Below are positions 18,590 to 28,500 of a DNA stretch of 64,000 nt, piece by piece. The position numbers and the translations under genes are program-made. A model generated the notes under the pieces. That model did not search any database. It had not been told where the DNA came from and saw nothing but the letters and a program-made list of their open reading frames with translations. Every line of letters starts with the position of its first letter. Position 1 is the first letter of the stretch. Source of the stretch: a virus (Duplodnaviria; Caudoviricetes); IMG/VR virus record IMGVR_UViG_3300021400_001310, positions 1-64,000 of that record; one strand, given 5' to 3'.

Positions 18590-20329
18590 ATGGATACATG
18601 GGATTTATATCAAGCAAGAAGAAGAGCATCCGGTGAAACAAGAAGAGAAGCAGCAAAACAAAGAGAGATAAGAATGTTGAGCAATAAACGAGTCGATAAC
18701 CTATCGTATTTTAATGTAGATATAGATGATGTGCCTCGTCTTGTTTCGATAATAAATCGTGACAACTTAAATGAAAAGACGATTTGTTCTATGCCTAACG
18801 AATTTTTAGATTGCGGAGCAACTGTATTTTGGATGAATAATCACTGGCTAATTACTGAATTAGATGCTAACAATGAAATATATTCCAAGGCAACTATGGT
18901 TCAATGTAATCATTTACTCAAGTGGATAGACGATAACAATGAATTTCAGGAACAGTGGTGCATCGTTAGTGACGGTACGAAATTAAAACACACATTAAAG
19001 TGTGTAATAGTTTGGTTCGTTGGAAACGGCGAACAAAAAGAATTCCTTTAATTGCTGGAAACCCCTTAGAGCCTTACAAACTACAACATAGATTTGAAAC
19101 AAAGTCAGGTGTGAATGTTTAAAAATTGTAAGGATTGGGCAATCAGCAGCGAAGCCTCGAACAGAGGAACGTTCAACGACTATCCCGGACGTGGGAGTAG
19201 GGGCAAGCGCTCCGAAACAAGGAACCCTAACCCGCTAAAGCGGTATGGTGAAGATATAGTCTGCGCTTTATAGAAATATGAAGATGCGCGTAATGGCGCT
19301 GAATAGGTTTTGCGAACCTAAATTGTGCAAACAAAAGTATAGTTACAGGAGGTGTTAATATAGAAAAAGTATGGACGGTTTATATGCACGAGAATAAACA
19401 CAATCTTAAAAAATATGTTGGCATTACTTCTAAAGAAAATCCGAATCATAGATGGAACAACGGGCGCGGATATAAAGAAAATCCTCATTTTTATTCTGCA
19501 ATTTGTAAATATGGATGGGACGAGTTTAATCATCTTATAATTTCCTCTGGTTTAGATGAAAATACAGCAAAAAAGATAGAGTGCGGTTTAATTCAACTAT
19601 GGAACACACAAGACAGAAGATTCGGATATAACGCGACGGCTGGCGGCGACGGAACTCCAAATTTCCACCCGTCTGAAGAAACAAGAGCAAAGCTTTCAAG
19701 AGCCAGAAAGAAAGAAAATTTGTCAGTCGAAACTTTACAAAGAAGATCAGAGAGTCTTAGAGGAAGAAAATTTTCCGACGAACACAAAAAGAAAATCGGA
19801 GACAGCAATAGCAAAGCAATAAAAATGTACGACAAAGATGGGAATTATATCTCATATTTTCGAGGCGCAAGAGATGCAGAAATACAACTCGGTATTTCTC
19901 ATTCACATATCTCTCAATGCTGTCACGGTAGGCGTAACAGTGCCGGAGGATATATTTGGAGGTTTGCACAATAATTTGAACGTTACGGATTTAACAGGCG
20001 AATACGAAGATAGAAACTATGTAGTAACAAGAGGCGACTCTCGTTTATCGTTAATTTTGCCAAGAAATGAAAAAACAATAAAACTGGATAGAAACAATAG
20101 ATTTCTTATTGATGATGAAGCAAAAGAAATTAAAACCGCTTACGCACTTACAAAGCCTCTTATGGTTAGTTCAGTATACGGTAATAAAGGTGTATTTGCA
20201 TTTGTTCTACAAGAAGTAGTTTCTACGGACGACGATAATCATTTATTAGGAATTGCAGATTATTATAAACATTTTCCAAAAGAAGACGTGAATCCAAATC
20301 CGACTTCAGGAAAGAAGGTGTGGATCTGA
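18590..20329 (+). CDS. Putative head-closure/connector protein, spliced: join(18590..18983,19989..20329), 244 aa
   Basis: Removing the intron gives in-frame ...SDGTK-Y-LTGEYEDR... (T|AT); 735 nt total. Confidence 0.8.
18984..19988 (+). ncRNA. Group I self-splicing intron (subgroup IA-like), 1005 nt
   Basis: P AATTGCTGGAAA 19050, Q AATCAGCAG 19141, R GTTCAACGACTA 19171, S AAGATATAGTC 19251; P7 GACTA/TAGTC; extra hairpins between P7 and P3; 5' exon ends in U, intron ends in G. Confidence 0.92.
19360..19974 (+). CDS. Intron-encoded GIY-YIG homing endonuclease with NUMOD3/NUMOD1-like C-terminus (ATA start)
   Basis: VWTVYMHENK..KKYVGIT, RW, GYN; HPSEETRAKLS, FSDEHKKKI, HISQCCHGRRNSAGGYIWRF; the first motif needs the ATA 19360 start after AGGAGGT. 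Confidence 0.9.
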   Translation: MEKVWTVYMHENKHNLKKYVGITSKENPNHRWNNGRGYKENPHFYSAICKYGWDEFNHLIISSGLDENTAKKIECGLIQLWNTQDRRFGYNATAGGDGTPNFHPSEETRAKLSRARKKENLSVETLQRRSESLRGRKFSDEHKKKIGDSNSKAIKMYDKDGNYISYFRGARDAEIQLGISHSHISQCCHGRRNSAGGYIWRFAQ

Positions 20330-20838
20330 TGCATTTAGACGAATTCTTTAATTATAAAAATCGATTTATGAAAGATATTTTATCTGATGAAGAGATAGTA
20401 AAACTTATAAATGATAATTATTCAACTGAAAACTCGGAAAAACTTGTGTATAAGCAAGTGTTTCCGTATGAATATGTTCCTGAAACTGTAGAAGAAGGAA
20501 AGACAATCGTTTGCGTTGATGTCGATATATTAAAAGCGACAAGCAAAACTTTCTACCTTCCAGTGTTGAATGTTTGGATTTTTACTCACAAAAGTTTACT
20601 GCGCCTACCCGAAGGTGGCGTGCGTACAGACAAACTTGCTTCCGTTATATGCGAGAAACTAAATGGAAGCAGATTTTATGGTCTTGGTGAATTAGAGTTG
20701 TATTCAGTAAAAAGGTTTGCTCCAATGACTGACTTTAATGGCAAATGTCTAACATTCCATGCTCGTGATGTAAGTAAGATATTCGATCCAAATAAACCAA
20801 TTCCTGTTAACAGAAAGAGAAGTGCTGTTGAAGAATGA
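20329..20838 (+). CDS. Putative tail terminator/completion protein
   Basis: Position before the tail tube; TGATG coupling to exon 2. Confidence 0.55.
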   Translation: MHLDEFFNYKNRFMKDILSDEEIVKLINDNYSTENSEKLVYKQVFPYEYVPETVEEGKTIVCVDVDILKATSKTFYLPVLNVWIFTHKSLLRLPEGGVRTDKLASVICEKLNGSRFYGLGELELYSVKRFAPMTDFNGKCLTFHARDVSKIFDPNKPIPVNRKRSAVEE

Positions 20839-21545
20839 TACAGAACTTTTTGTATATTGATAATGAAATAAAAATTAACGATAAGATATCAATACATATG
20901 CCGAAAGTAAAGGAAATAGTTGAAAATGAAAACTTATATTACAACTTAGTTTCAATTATTGTTGCTATGCCAATCGACATGATGGTTATGCTTGATGACG
21001 CTGGTATTGACTTTACAACAATTAATGAATATGAGTTATTTCTATTGATGTTTCCTCAACTAAAAAGTCAAGACACTCACCTTATCTTCGGCGACTTAGA
21101 TTTAAGTAATTTTCAATTAACTATAAATGAGCAAAATGAAATGCCGGTTTTATACGATCCTGAAAATGATATCTTGATTGACAGAGGAATCTATGAACAA
21201 ATAACTTTCACCCTAAGAAAAATAAATCACTTAAAAAAAGATAAAAGAAAGCCGGGTAACGAAGCGGCGAAAAAATACATAATTGAAAAAGAGCGTAAAA
21301 AATTAAAACGTAAAAAAGAACAAGAGTCTACGCTCGAACCACTCATAGTCTCAATGGTAAACACTGAACAGTATAAATATGATTTTGCAGGGACAAAAGA
21401 ACTTACCATTTATCAATTTAACGAAAGTGTTAAACAAGTAATCAAAAAGGTAGACTATGATAACAAGATGCATGGTGTCTATTCAGGCACTGTTAATATA
21501 AAAGACCTAAGTTCAAATGATTTGAACTGGCTAACACATAAATAA
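20835..21545 (+). CDS. Tail-module hypothetical protein (chaperone-like)
   Basis: ELTIYQFNE..HGVYSG C-terminal motif; position. Confidence 0.55.
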   Translation: MIQNFLYIDNEIKINDKISIHMPKVKEIVENENLYYNLVSIIVAMPIDMMVMLDDAGIDFTTINEYELFLLMFPQLKSQDTHLIFGDLDLSNFQLTINEQNEMPVLYDPENDILIDRGIYEQITFTLRKINHLKKDKRKPGNEAAKKYIIEKERKKLKRKKEQESTLEPLIVSMVNTEQYKYDFAGTKELTIYQFNESVKQVIKKVDYDNKMHGVYSGTVNIKDLSSNDLNWLTHK

Positions 21546-21566
21546 TAAAATTGGAGGAAATGTTTT

Positions 21567-22373
21567 ATGAAAATAAACGATCTTATAATCACAAGTCTTG
21601 ACTCTATCACGGCTTATGATGTCACTGGTACAGACTATCTCTATACTCTTGAAGAGCTTCAGGACGCAACTATCGCTCAGACGGAAGACAAAAATGACGT
21701 TACCGGTAAAAATGGTAGAAAAATCACCAGCCTTAAGAGAAACAAAGCTGTTACTGTAAGCGGCAACAATGGTACTCTTTCTGCAGGTCTTCTTGCTTCT
21801 CAGACAGGTAGCGAATTAGAAGAGAAGAATGTATATGTTCAGTGGACTGAATATGTAACACTTGCCGAAGCTGATAAAGCTAAAACAACTTATAAAGCAG
21901 CCGGTACATCTGGAGATGAAATCGACTGTGTTTACGTCAGAAATTCAGACGGTTCTCTCGGTGATAAATATACACAGGGCGCATCTGCTGCCGCAAAGGT
22001 ATTTACATACGATCCCTCTACTAAAGAACTTACATTCGCAGAAGGTTCTTTAGCTGCTAAGTCAGAAATCCTTGTAATCTATCATAGATATGTTAAAGCA
22101 CTTACATTTGATAATGAGAGTGATAAATTCTCTGGCAAGGCTCAGCTTTACATTGATGCAACAGCAGAAGATAAGTGTGCAAATATTTATCATGTTCAGT
22201 TCTATATTCCCAAAGCTGACTTTAACGGTGAATTTAGTTTAGAAATCGGTGGAGATCAGTCAGTACATAACTTCGAAGCTGAGGCTCTTGCTGGCGGCTG
22301 TGTTAACGGCAGTAAGTTCTACACATTCAGCGTATTCGGCGATAATGCTGACACTGACGTTACTGGTGGTTGA
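21567..22373 (+). CDS. Major tail tube protein
   Basis: Beta-rich, high-expression codons, VQFYIPKADF..FSLE; position. Confidence 0.7.
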   Translation: MKINDLIITSLDSITAYDVTGTDYLYTLEELQDATIAQTEDKNDVTGKNGRKITSLKRNKAVTVSGNNGTLSAGLLASQTGSELEEKNVYVQWTEYVTLAEADKAKTTYKAAGTSGDEIDCVYVRNSDGSLGDKYTQGASAAAKVFTYDPSTKELTFAEGSLAAKSEILVIYHRYVKALTFDNESDKFSGKAQLYIDATAEDKCANIYHVQFYIPKADFNGEFSLEIGGDQSVHNFEAEALAGGCVNGSKFYTFSVFGDNADTDVTGG

Positions 22374-22453
22374 AGGGATGACTCCAATCAAGGAGTTAAC
22401 CCGCCTGATTCAAGCACTGATATAGATGTACCGTAAGTCTATAGGTAGCGAAT

Positions 22454-22753
22454 ATGATTATTACAAAAACATGCCGTAACTGCGGCAAAACATACGAATA
22501 CTGTAACTCATTTAGGGGAACATCTCTTTTTAGATGGCAAGACGTAGCATGTTCCCCTGAATGTGGATACATATATTTTAAACAAATACTTGAGTCCAGA
22601 GGTCAAGACGCATCGGTTCTAAATCTACAAGGAATCAAGCAGGAACCTAAATACGAATATGATCCTATGCTTGATGACGAAGATGAGGACGATGATTTCT
22701 ATGAGGATGAATTCGATGACGACTATGACGATGAAGACGAAGAGGATTTCTAA
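22454..22753 (+). CDS. Zn-ribbon protein with very acidic tail
   Basis: CRNC..C..CSPEC followed by a D/E-rich tail. Confidence 0.7.
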   Translation: MIITKTCRNCGKTYEYCNSFRGTSLFRWQDVACSPECGYIYFKQILESRGQDASVLNLQGIKQEPKYEYDPMLDDEDEDDDFYEDEFDDDYDDEDEEDF

Positions 22754-22774
22754 AACTAAATAAAATTCTAATTT

Positions 22775-22807
22775 GGCTGCATCACTAATAACGATGCAGC
22801 CTTTTTT
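22775..22807 (+). terminator. Intrinsic terminator
   Basis: GGCTGCATC/GATGCAGCC plus T6. Confidence 0.75.
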
Positions 22808-22944
22808 ATAAAACAGATTTTTTATAAATATATAAGTGTGTTTTTATGTTTAATTAAAAATATACCGGAAATTTAATATACAAGTATATAGAATATGTCT
22901 ATAAAAAATAAAATTTTAAGAAAACGAAGGAGTAATGTTAATAA

Positions 22945-23907
22945 ATGAGTAATAAAAAATCTGATTCATTAACAAACAAATATACGTCTGAAGATCTAAA
23001 GATAATGCAAAGTTGGAGCTTAGATCGAAAAATACAAGTAACACAATTACGCATAGCCGAATGGTATGAGCATTATAACGGTAATGTTTACATTTCTTTT
23101 AGCGGAGGAAAAGATTCGACTGTCTTGCTTGATTTAGCTCGTCGTGCATACCCAGATATACCAGCGGTATTCATAGACACAGGACTCGAATATCCAGAAA
23201 TAAAAGAATTTGTAAAAACGATTCCTAATGTAACTCGAATAAAACCAGAAATAAGTTTCAGAAAAGTAATAGAGACCTACGGTTATCCTATTATAAGTAA
23301 GCAAATTTCTAAAATTGTTTTATCAGCAAAACGTAATCCGGATTGCATTAGTGCCAAATATTTAAAAGGCGAGATTGAGCATACGCTGTATGGAGGACAC
23401 GGTAAATGGGCTTATCTAATTGAAGCCCCGTTTAAAGTTAGTAATTATTGTTGTGATAAAATGAAAAAACAACCTGCTAAAATTTATGAAAAAGAATCAG
23501 GAAGGAAACCTATTGTTGCTACAATGGCTTGCGAAAGTCAAAATAGAAGAGCCGTGTGGTTTCAGCAAGGGTGTAATGCGTTTGACAGTACAAAACCGAT
23601 TTCAAAACCAATGAGCTTTTGGACAGAACAAGACGTTCTTGAATATCTAAAGGAATATAATATCCCCTATGCTCCTGTGTATGGACAAATAACTCAAGAT
23701 AAAAACGGTAAATTATGCACTACGGGCGTAAACAGAACTGGCTGTGTTTTCTGTGCATTCGGGGCGCATTTGGAGAAGGAACCAAATAGATTTCAAAGAT
23801 TAAAGGTAACGCATCCTATGCTCTGGGAGTATTGTATGAAGTCATGGGATGAAGGAGGTCTTGGAATGAAAGAAGTCTTAGACTATATAAACGTAAAATA
23901 TCAATAG
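22945..23907 (+). CDS. PAPS-reductase-family (CysH/DndC-like) Fe-S protein
   Basis: PP-loop SFSGGKDS, DTGLEYPE, CC..KK, RTGCVFC. Confidence 0.88.
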   Translation: MSNKKSDSLTNKYTSEDLKIMQSWSLDRKIQVTQLRIAEWYEHYNGNVYISFSGGKDSTVLLDLARRAYPDIPAVFIDTGLEYPEIKEFVKTIPNVTRIKPEISFRKVIETYGYPIISKQISKIVLSAKRNPDCISAKYLKGEIEHTLYGGHGKWAYLIEAPFKVSNYCCDKMKKQPAKIYEKESGRKPIVATMACESQNRRAVWFQQGCNAFDSTKPISKPMSFWTEQDVLEYLKEYNIPYAPVYGQITQDKNGKLCTTGVNRTGCVFCAFGAHLEKEPNRFQRLKVTHPMLWEYCMKSWDEGGLGMKEVLDYINVKYQ

Positions 23908-23927
23908 TGTAAGCTAAGGAGGAATTT

Positions 23928-24371
23928 GTGAAAAGAATCAAATTAGTAATTGATCAAGATGTAGTAGATAAATATACCAAGTATTATTTTTCTCAACACC
24001 CCAAAGCATACAAACCGCCAATCAAACAACCATATCACGAGTCTATAAATGTATGGATGATAATGAAAAGAGCGGCTATGAATGCGCTTAAAGGTAAATG
24101 GAAGGATTTTATAAAATGGTTTGTAGATTACAAAGGTTACACTAACCTGGGTATAGAACAATGTGAGATTGAGTTTATTACATATTATGGAAACGAAAGA
24201 CCTCACGATATAGACAATAGTACACCAAAGTTTATTTTGGATGGGCTTAGGGATAGCGGAATGATTGTAGATGACTGTAGTAAAAATGTAACTAAACTAA
24301 CGCTACAATGTTTTTCTGATGTTAAACGCCCTCGTACTGAAATAATTTTTAAAATAATTAAACCGATATAA
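23928..24371 (+). CDS. RusA-like Holliday junction resolvase
   Basis: HDIDN..KFILDGL..GMIVDD motif. Confidence 0.8.
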   Translation: MKRIKLVIDQDVVDKYTKYYFSQHPKAYKPPIKQPYHESINVWMIMKRAAMNALKGKWKDFIKWFVDYKGYTNLGIEQCEIEFITYYGNERPHDIDNSTPKFILDGLRDSGMIVDDCSKNVTKLTLQCFSDVKRPRTEIIFKIIKPI

Positions 24372-24385
24372 AGGAGATTTTTAAA

Positions 24386-24994
24386 ATGGCAGAATCAAGA
24401 ATTTCATCACAGAAAATTTTAGATATAACAAATGACTATTATTACAACTATGCAACCATAGAATGGCATAATCTTCAAATTGATATTAGTAAAACGCTAT
24501 CCGGATTTGAGGCAGAAGACTTTGCAAAAGCCGTTGTCGAAAGCTGCTTTAATGAAGATGGCAACTACACACCTTTTGAAAGAGAATACGCTGAAAGATT
24601 ATATACAATCGAATTCTATACAAATATAGATATGCCTGAAAAATATAGCGATAGATATAATGTTCTGTTTAGAACAGATTTATACAACTGTGTTTGCTCT
24701 GAAATAAATAAAGAGCAATATCTATATATCAATGAAGCAATCGATGAAATGATTAGATACAAACTTAACAATGATGCAGAGGAACTTAAAAAGCAAACCG
24801 CCGAGTTCTTCGATCATATTAAAGAGCTTGCCACAGCTTTAGGAGATTTATTTGATGGTGTAACTCAGGAAGATGTGAGCAATTTATTTGATGCCGTTGC
24901 AGATACAACAATCGACGAATCTAAAACGGTTGAGTTATATAAGAAAATAAACGCCGATAATATAAGCGAGAGTGAGGTTAATGGGGAGAATTAA
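24386..24994 (+). CDS. Putative tail assembly chaperone
   Basis: Acidic helical protein upstream of the tape measure gene. Confidence 0.5.
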   Translation: MAESRISSQKILDITNDYYYNYATIEWHNLQIDISKTLSGFEAEDFAKAVVESCFNEDGNYTPFEREYAERLYTIEFYTNIDMPEKYSDRYNVLFRTDLYNCVCSEINKEQYLYINEAIDEMIRYKLNNDAEELKKQTAEFFDHIKELATALGDLFDGVTQEDVSNLFDAVADTTIDESKTVELYKKINADNISESEVNGEN

Positions 24995-25496
24995 TTATAG
25001 TTCTATTAATTCAAAAATAAAGAAATGTTTAGATTCATCTGCTAAATATAAAAGTTATGAAAGATTAAAGGCTAATGAAATTTGCATAAATCTTGCTAAC
25101 GAGTTTCAAAATACTTTATTTGATGAGATTTCTTCAAATGACAACTTAGGATATGACGGATGGCTTGCCCTGAAAGATACTGACATATCCAATTTTGGAA
25201 TCAAGGCAAATCATGTTTATAAAATCGATATTAACTTTTCAGGAGACATGTATAGACCATCCTTACTTCCAGATTATTATGACGGAATATCCGACATATC
25301 TGCGCTATTAAACAACGGATATGAAGCAAAGCATTCTATTTTTGGATATTGGGAAGCTCTTAATATACATATTAACAGTTTAACTAACAGAGAGGGTGCC
25401 CATTTTGCTCAAAATGCAACAAGGGCATTCTCGTCAATTCATAATGCCCGAAAAGACGGATTTAAGCAAATCATAATAAATGATAAATACAGATAA
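24981..25496 (+). CDS. Hypothetical tail-module protein
   Basis: SD GAGG then ATG 24981; directly before the tape measure gene. Confidence 0.55.
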   Translation: MGRINYSSINSKIKKCLDSSAKYKSYERLKANEICINLANEFQNTLFDEISSNDNLGYDGWLALKDTDISNFGIKANHVYKIDINFSGDMYRPSLLPDYYDGISDISALLNNGYEAKHSIFGYWEALNIHINSLTNREGAHFAQNATRAFSSIHNARKDGFKQIIINDKYR

Positions 25497-25511
25497 AAGT
25501 GAGGTGGTTAA

Positions 25512-28500
25512 ATGGCTGATTTTGAACTTGATGTAGGCTTGTCAGAAGTAAGTAAAGAAAAATTTAAGAGTGAGATCGATAGTCTACTAAAAGGTATTAC
25601 AAGCAAAAAACATAATATTAACATACATATTAACGAAAGCGAAATAACAAAAGCTAATTCTAAACTCGCTGAGTTGGTAAAGAACTTAGAAAAAATACAA
25701 AGCTTAAGTTCCACAAAAATCAAAGTTAGCGCAAACGGATTAAAAGGTTATACGAATTCAGACAATTCTTCCAAGGTAGCCAAAAGTGCTTCATCTCAAA
25801 ACTCTAAACTTACGAGATTATTCAAAGAATATCAAAAAACAAGAGCAATAATGGCAGAAGAGGATTTTAAAGGGAACACCAAACCCAACTCTGAATCTCA
25901 AACATATCTAACTGCTGCAAAACAGAATTTAAAATTAAAAGAAGATTTGCGAAATTTTTTCATAGATTCTTCTACTAAATTAGATAAAGATCAAGCCTCT
26001 TTTTTAAAATCGATAAATGATAGCACAAGTAGATATATCGACCAACGTAAAGCTAAATATGCCGACGCAAACGCTGCAATGACACAAGACACCAGAGCTT
26101 TTCAGCTCGCCTTACAATCTGTCGATTCCACATTAGCTCGAACAGAAAAGAATTTAAGAAACTGGTCAAAAGCAAAAAATGGAAAGTCCTCTGGAGCTTA
26201 TAGTCAATTACAACAACAGTACACAGACTTATTAAGCCTGAGAGCACAGCTAAACAGTGGACTTCTTTCAAAAGACGATTTCGCATTTCAGTCAAAGGAA
26301 AAGATAAATAACATAGCTGCATTAAATCGACAGATAATTGACGCTAATGAAAACACACAGTCTTTCTCAGCAAAGTTTGCTACACTTGCTACAAAATTTT
26401 CACAGTGGTTTAGCGTCTCGCAGTTAGTAATGAAGGGCGTTAAAACATTCAAAGAAATGTATCAGAACGTCAAAGAAATAGATGCGGCAATGACTGAACT
26501 TAAAAAAGTTACTAACGAAACAGACTATGTATATACAAAATTCCTTGACGGTGCTGCCACTCGTTCTAAAAACTTAGGAGCTACAGTAACTGATACAATC
26601 ACAGCAACTGCTGACTACGCACGACTCGGTTATTCAATCGAAGACGCATCCAAGTTAGCAGACGCTTCTATTATATATAAAAATGTTGGCGACGGTATCA
26701 ATGACATTTCAACTGCATCTGAAAGCATTATATCCACAATGAAAGCCTTTAATATCGAGGCAGACAATTCGCTCAGCATTGTCGACAGATTTAATGAAGT
26801 AGGCAATAACTTTCCAATTTCCAGTTCAGGAATTGGACAGGCTTTGCTTAACTCTGCGTCAGCATTAGCCACAGGTAACAACTCATTAGATGAAAGTATT
26901 GGATTAATTACTGCTGCCAACTCAGTCGTTCAAGACCCGTCAAAAGTTGGTACTGCCTTAAAGACAATATCAATGTATTTAAGAGCAGCTAAGACAGAAG
27001 CAGAAGATGCCGGAGAGTCAACAGACGGAATGGCTGAAAGCGTTTCAAAACTTCGTGCTGATATACTAAAGCTCACGGGAAATAAAGTTGATATCCAGAT
27101 TGACGAAAATACTTTTAAATCAACATATCAAATTCTCAAAGATCTCTCAACAGTATGGAATGATCTATCCGATCTTACTAAAGCAAACATTATAGAGAAG
27201 ATCGGCGGTAAGCGTAATGCGAACGTAGTAACATCAATTCTCGGAAACTTTGATATAGCAGAAGATGTAATGAAAACCACCACTGATTCCTTCGGTTCGG
27301 CTACAAAAGAAAATGACAAATACCTAAATTCTATAGAAGGACGCATCAGTCAGCTCAAAGCCGAATTCGAGGATTATTCACAATCGGTAGTTAATTCTGA
27401 TTTAATTAAAGGGTTTGTTAAAAGCGGAACAACAATCCTTGACATATTCACTAAAATAAATAAAACATTTGGTACATTAGTTCCTGCTGCAACCGCCGTA
27501 GCCGCTGCGTTTAGCGGACTTAAAGTATTAAAGGGCGAGAGCGGAAGATTTGTAATGTCTGACGTCGGCAGCGGAGCGCAATTACTTTATAAAGGAATGT
27601 CCTTTGATGAACTTCGTCAAAAGAAAATAGATAACAATTCTTTATTTGGAAGATGGTGGTACAAGGACGGAGCCAGAGGGCAACAATTTGTTAAAGAACG
27701 CATTTTTGGTATTGAAAGAGACCCTAACGCTAAGTTTAAAAGTACAATTGATGCGATAAATCAATATCAAGAAACAATTAACGGAACAAGTAAAAAATAT
27801 GGTTCTGACTTAAAATATTTTTCTGATGATGTAGCTAAGTCAAATAAAGCCTTAAAGGATTATTTTGCGTCACTCCGTGGCGGAGAAGCATCATTAGAAG
27901 GATATCACAAGTGGTGTAAAGAAAATGGCATCGCTGTACAAGAGATGGGAGAACGTTCTGCTGAAGCCGCTGGTAAAATGGCTGGCGTAATGAATGTTTT
28001 AAGCAGCGTTGGGAAGGCATTCTTAATTTCAGCAGCACTCACGATTGTTGCTAAAGTGTATGACTCAATTGCACATAGCGCTGAAAAAATGGCTCAAAAA
28101 GTTAGCGAAGCAAATGATGCTTATAAAGAAGGAATATCAAAGGCTAATGAGGCATCTAAGATTGTTGACGATATTGGTACAAGATATGAATATCTTTCTA
28201 AGGGTATCAACACCGCAACTAATGAGAATAAAACCTTAAACACAGAAGAATACGAAGAATATTTAAACATAGTTGGTCAGATTTCTGAAACTTTCCCAGA
28301 TCTTGTACAAGGATATGATTCTCAAGGCAATGCTATTTTGTCATGTGCAGGTAATGTTGACAAACTAACAGAAGCATATAAAAATTTACGTAAAAATGTG
28401 AATGGCGAATTGCTTAATTCTATAAACGATACTATTGTGGATTTTGGAAATAAAGCAAATGCGTTGGGCGCGTCATCTCATATGAACGGAAGCTGGGTAT

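Noticed and set aside
19838-19988. N-terminus of ORF 19838..20329 as an independent gene
   Set aside because: Overlaps the endonuclease in another frame and lies inside the intron; the coding part is exon 2 from 19989
24386-25496. Programmed -1 frameshift of tail chaperones
   Set aside because: No convincing slippery heptamer at the overlap, and the second ORF has its own SD and ATG
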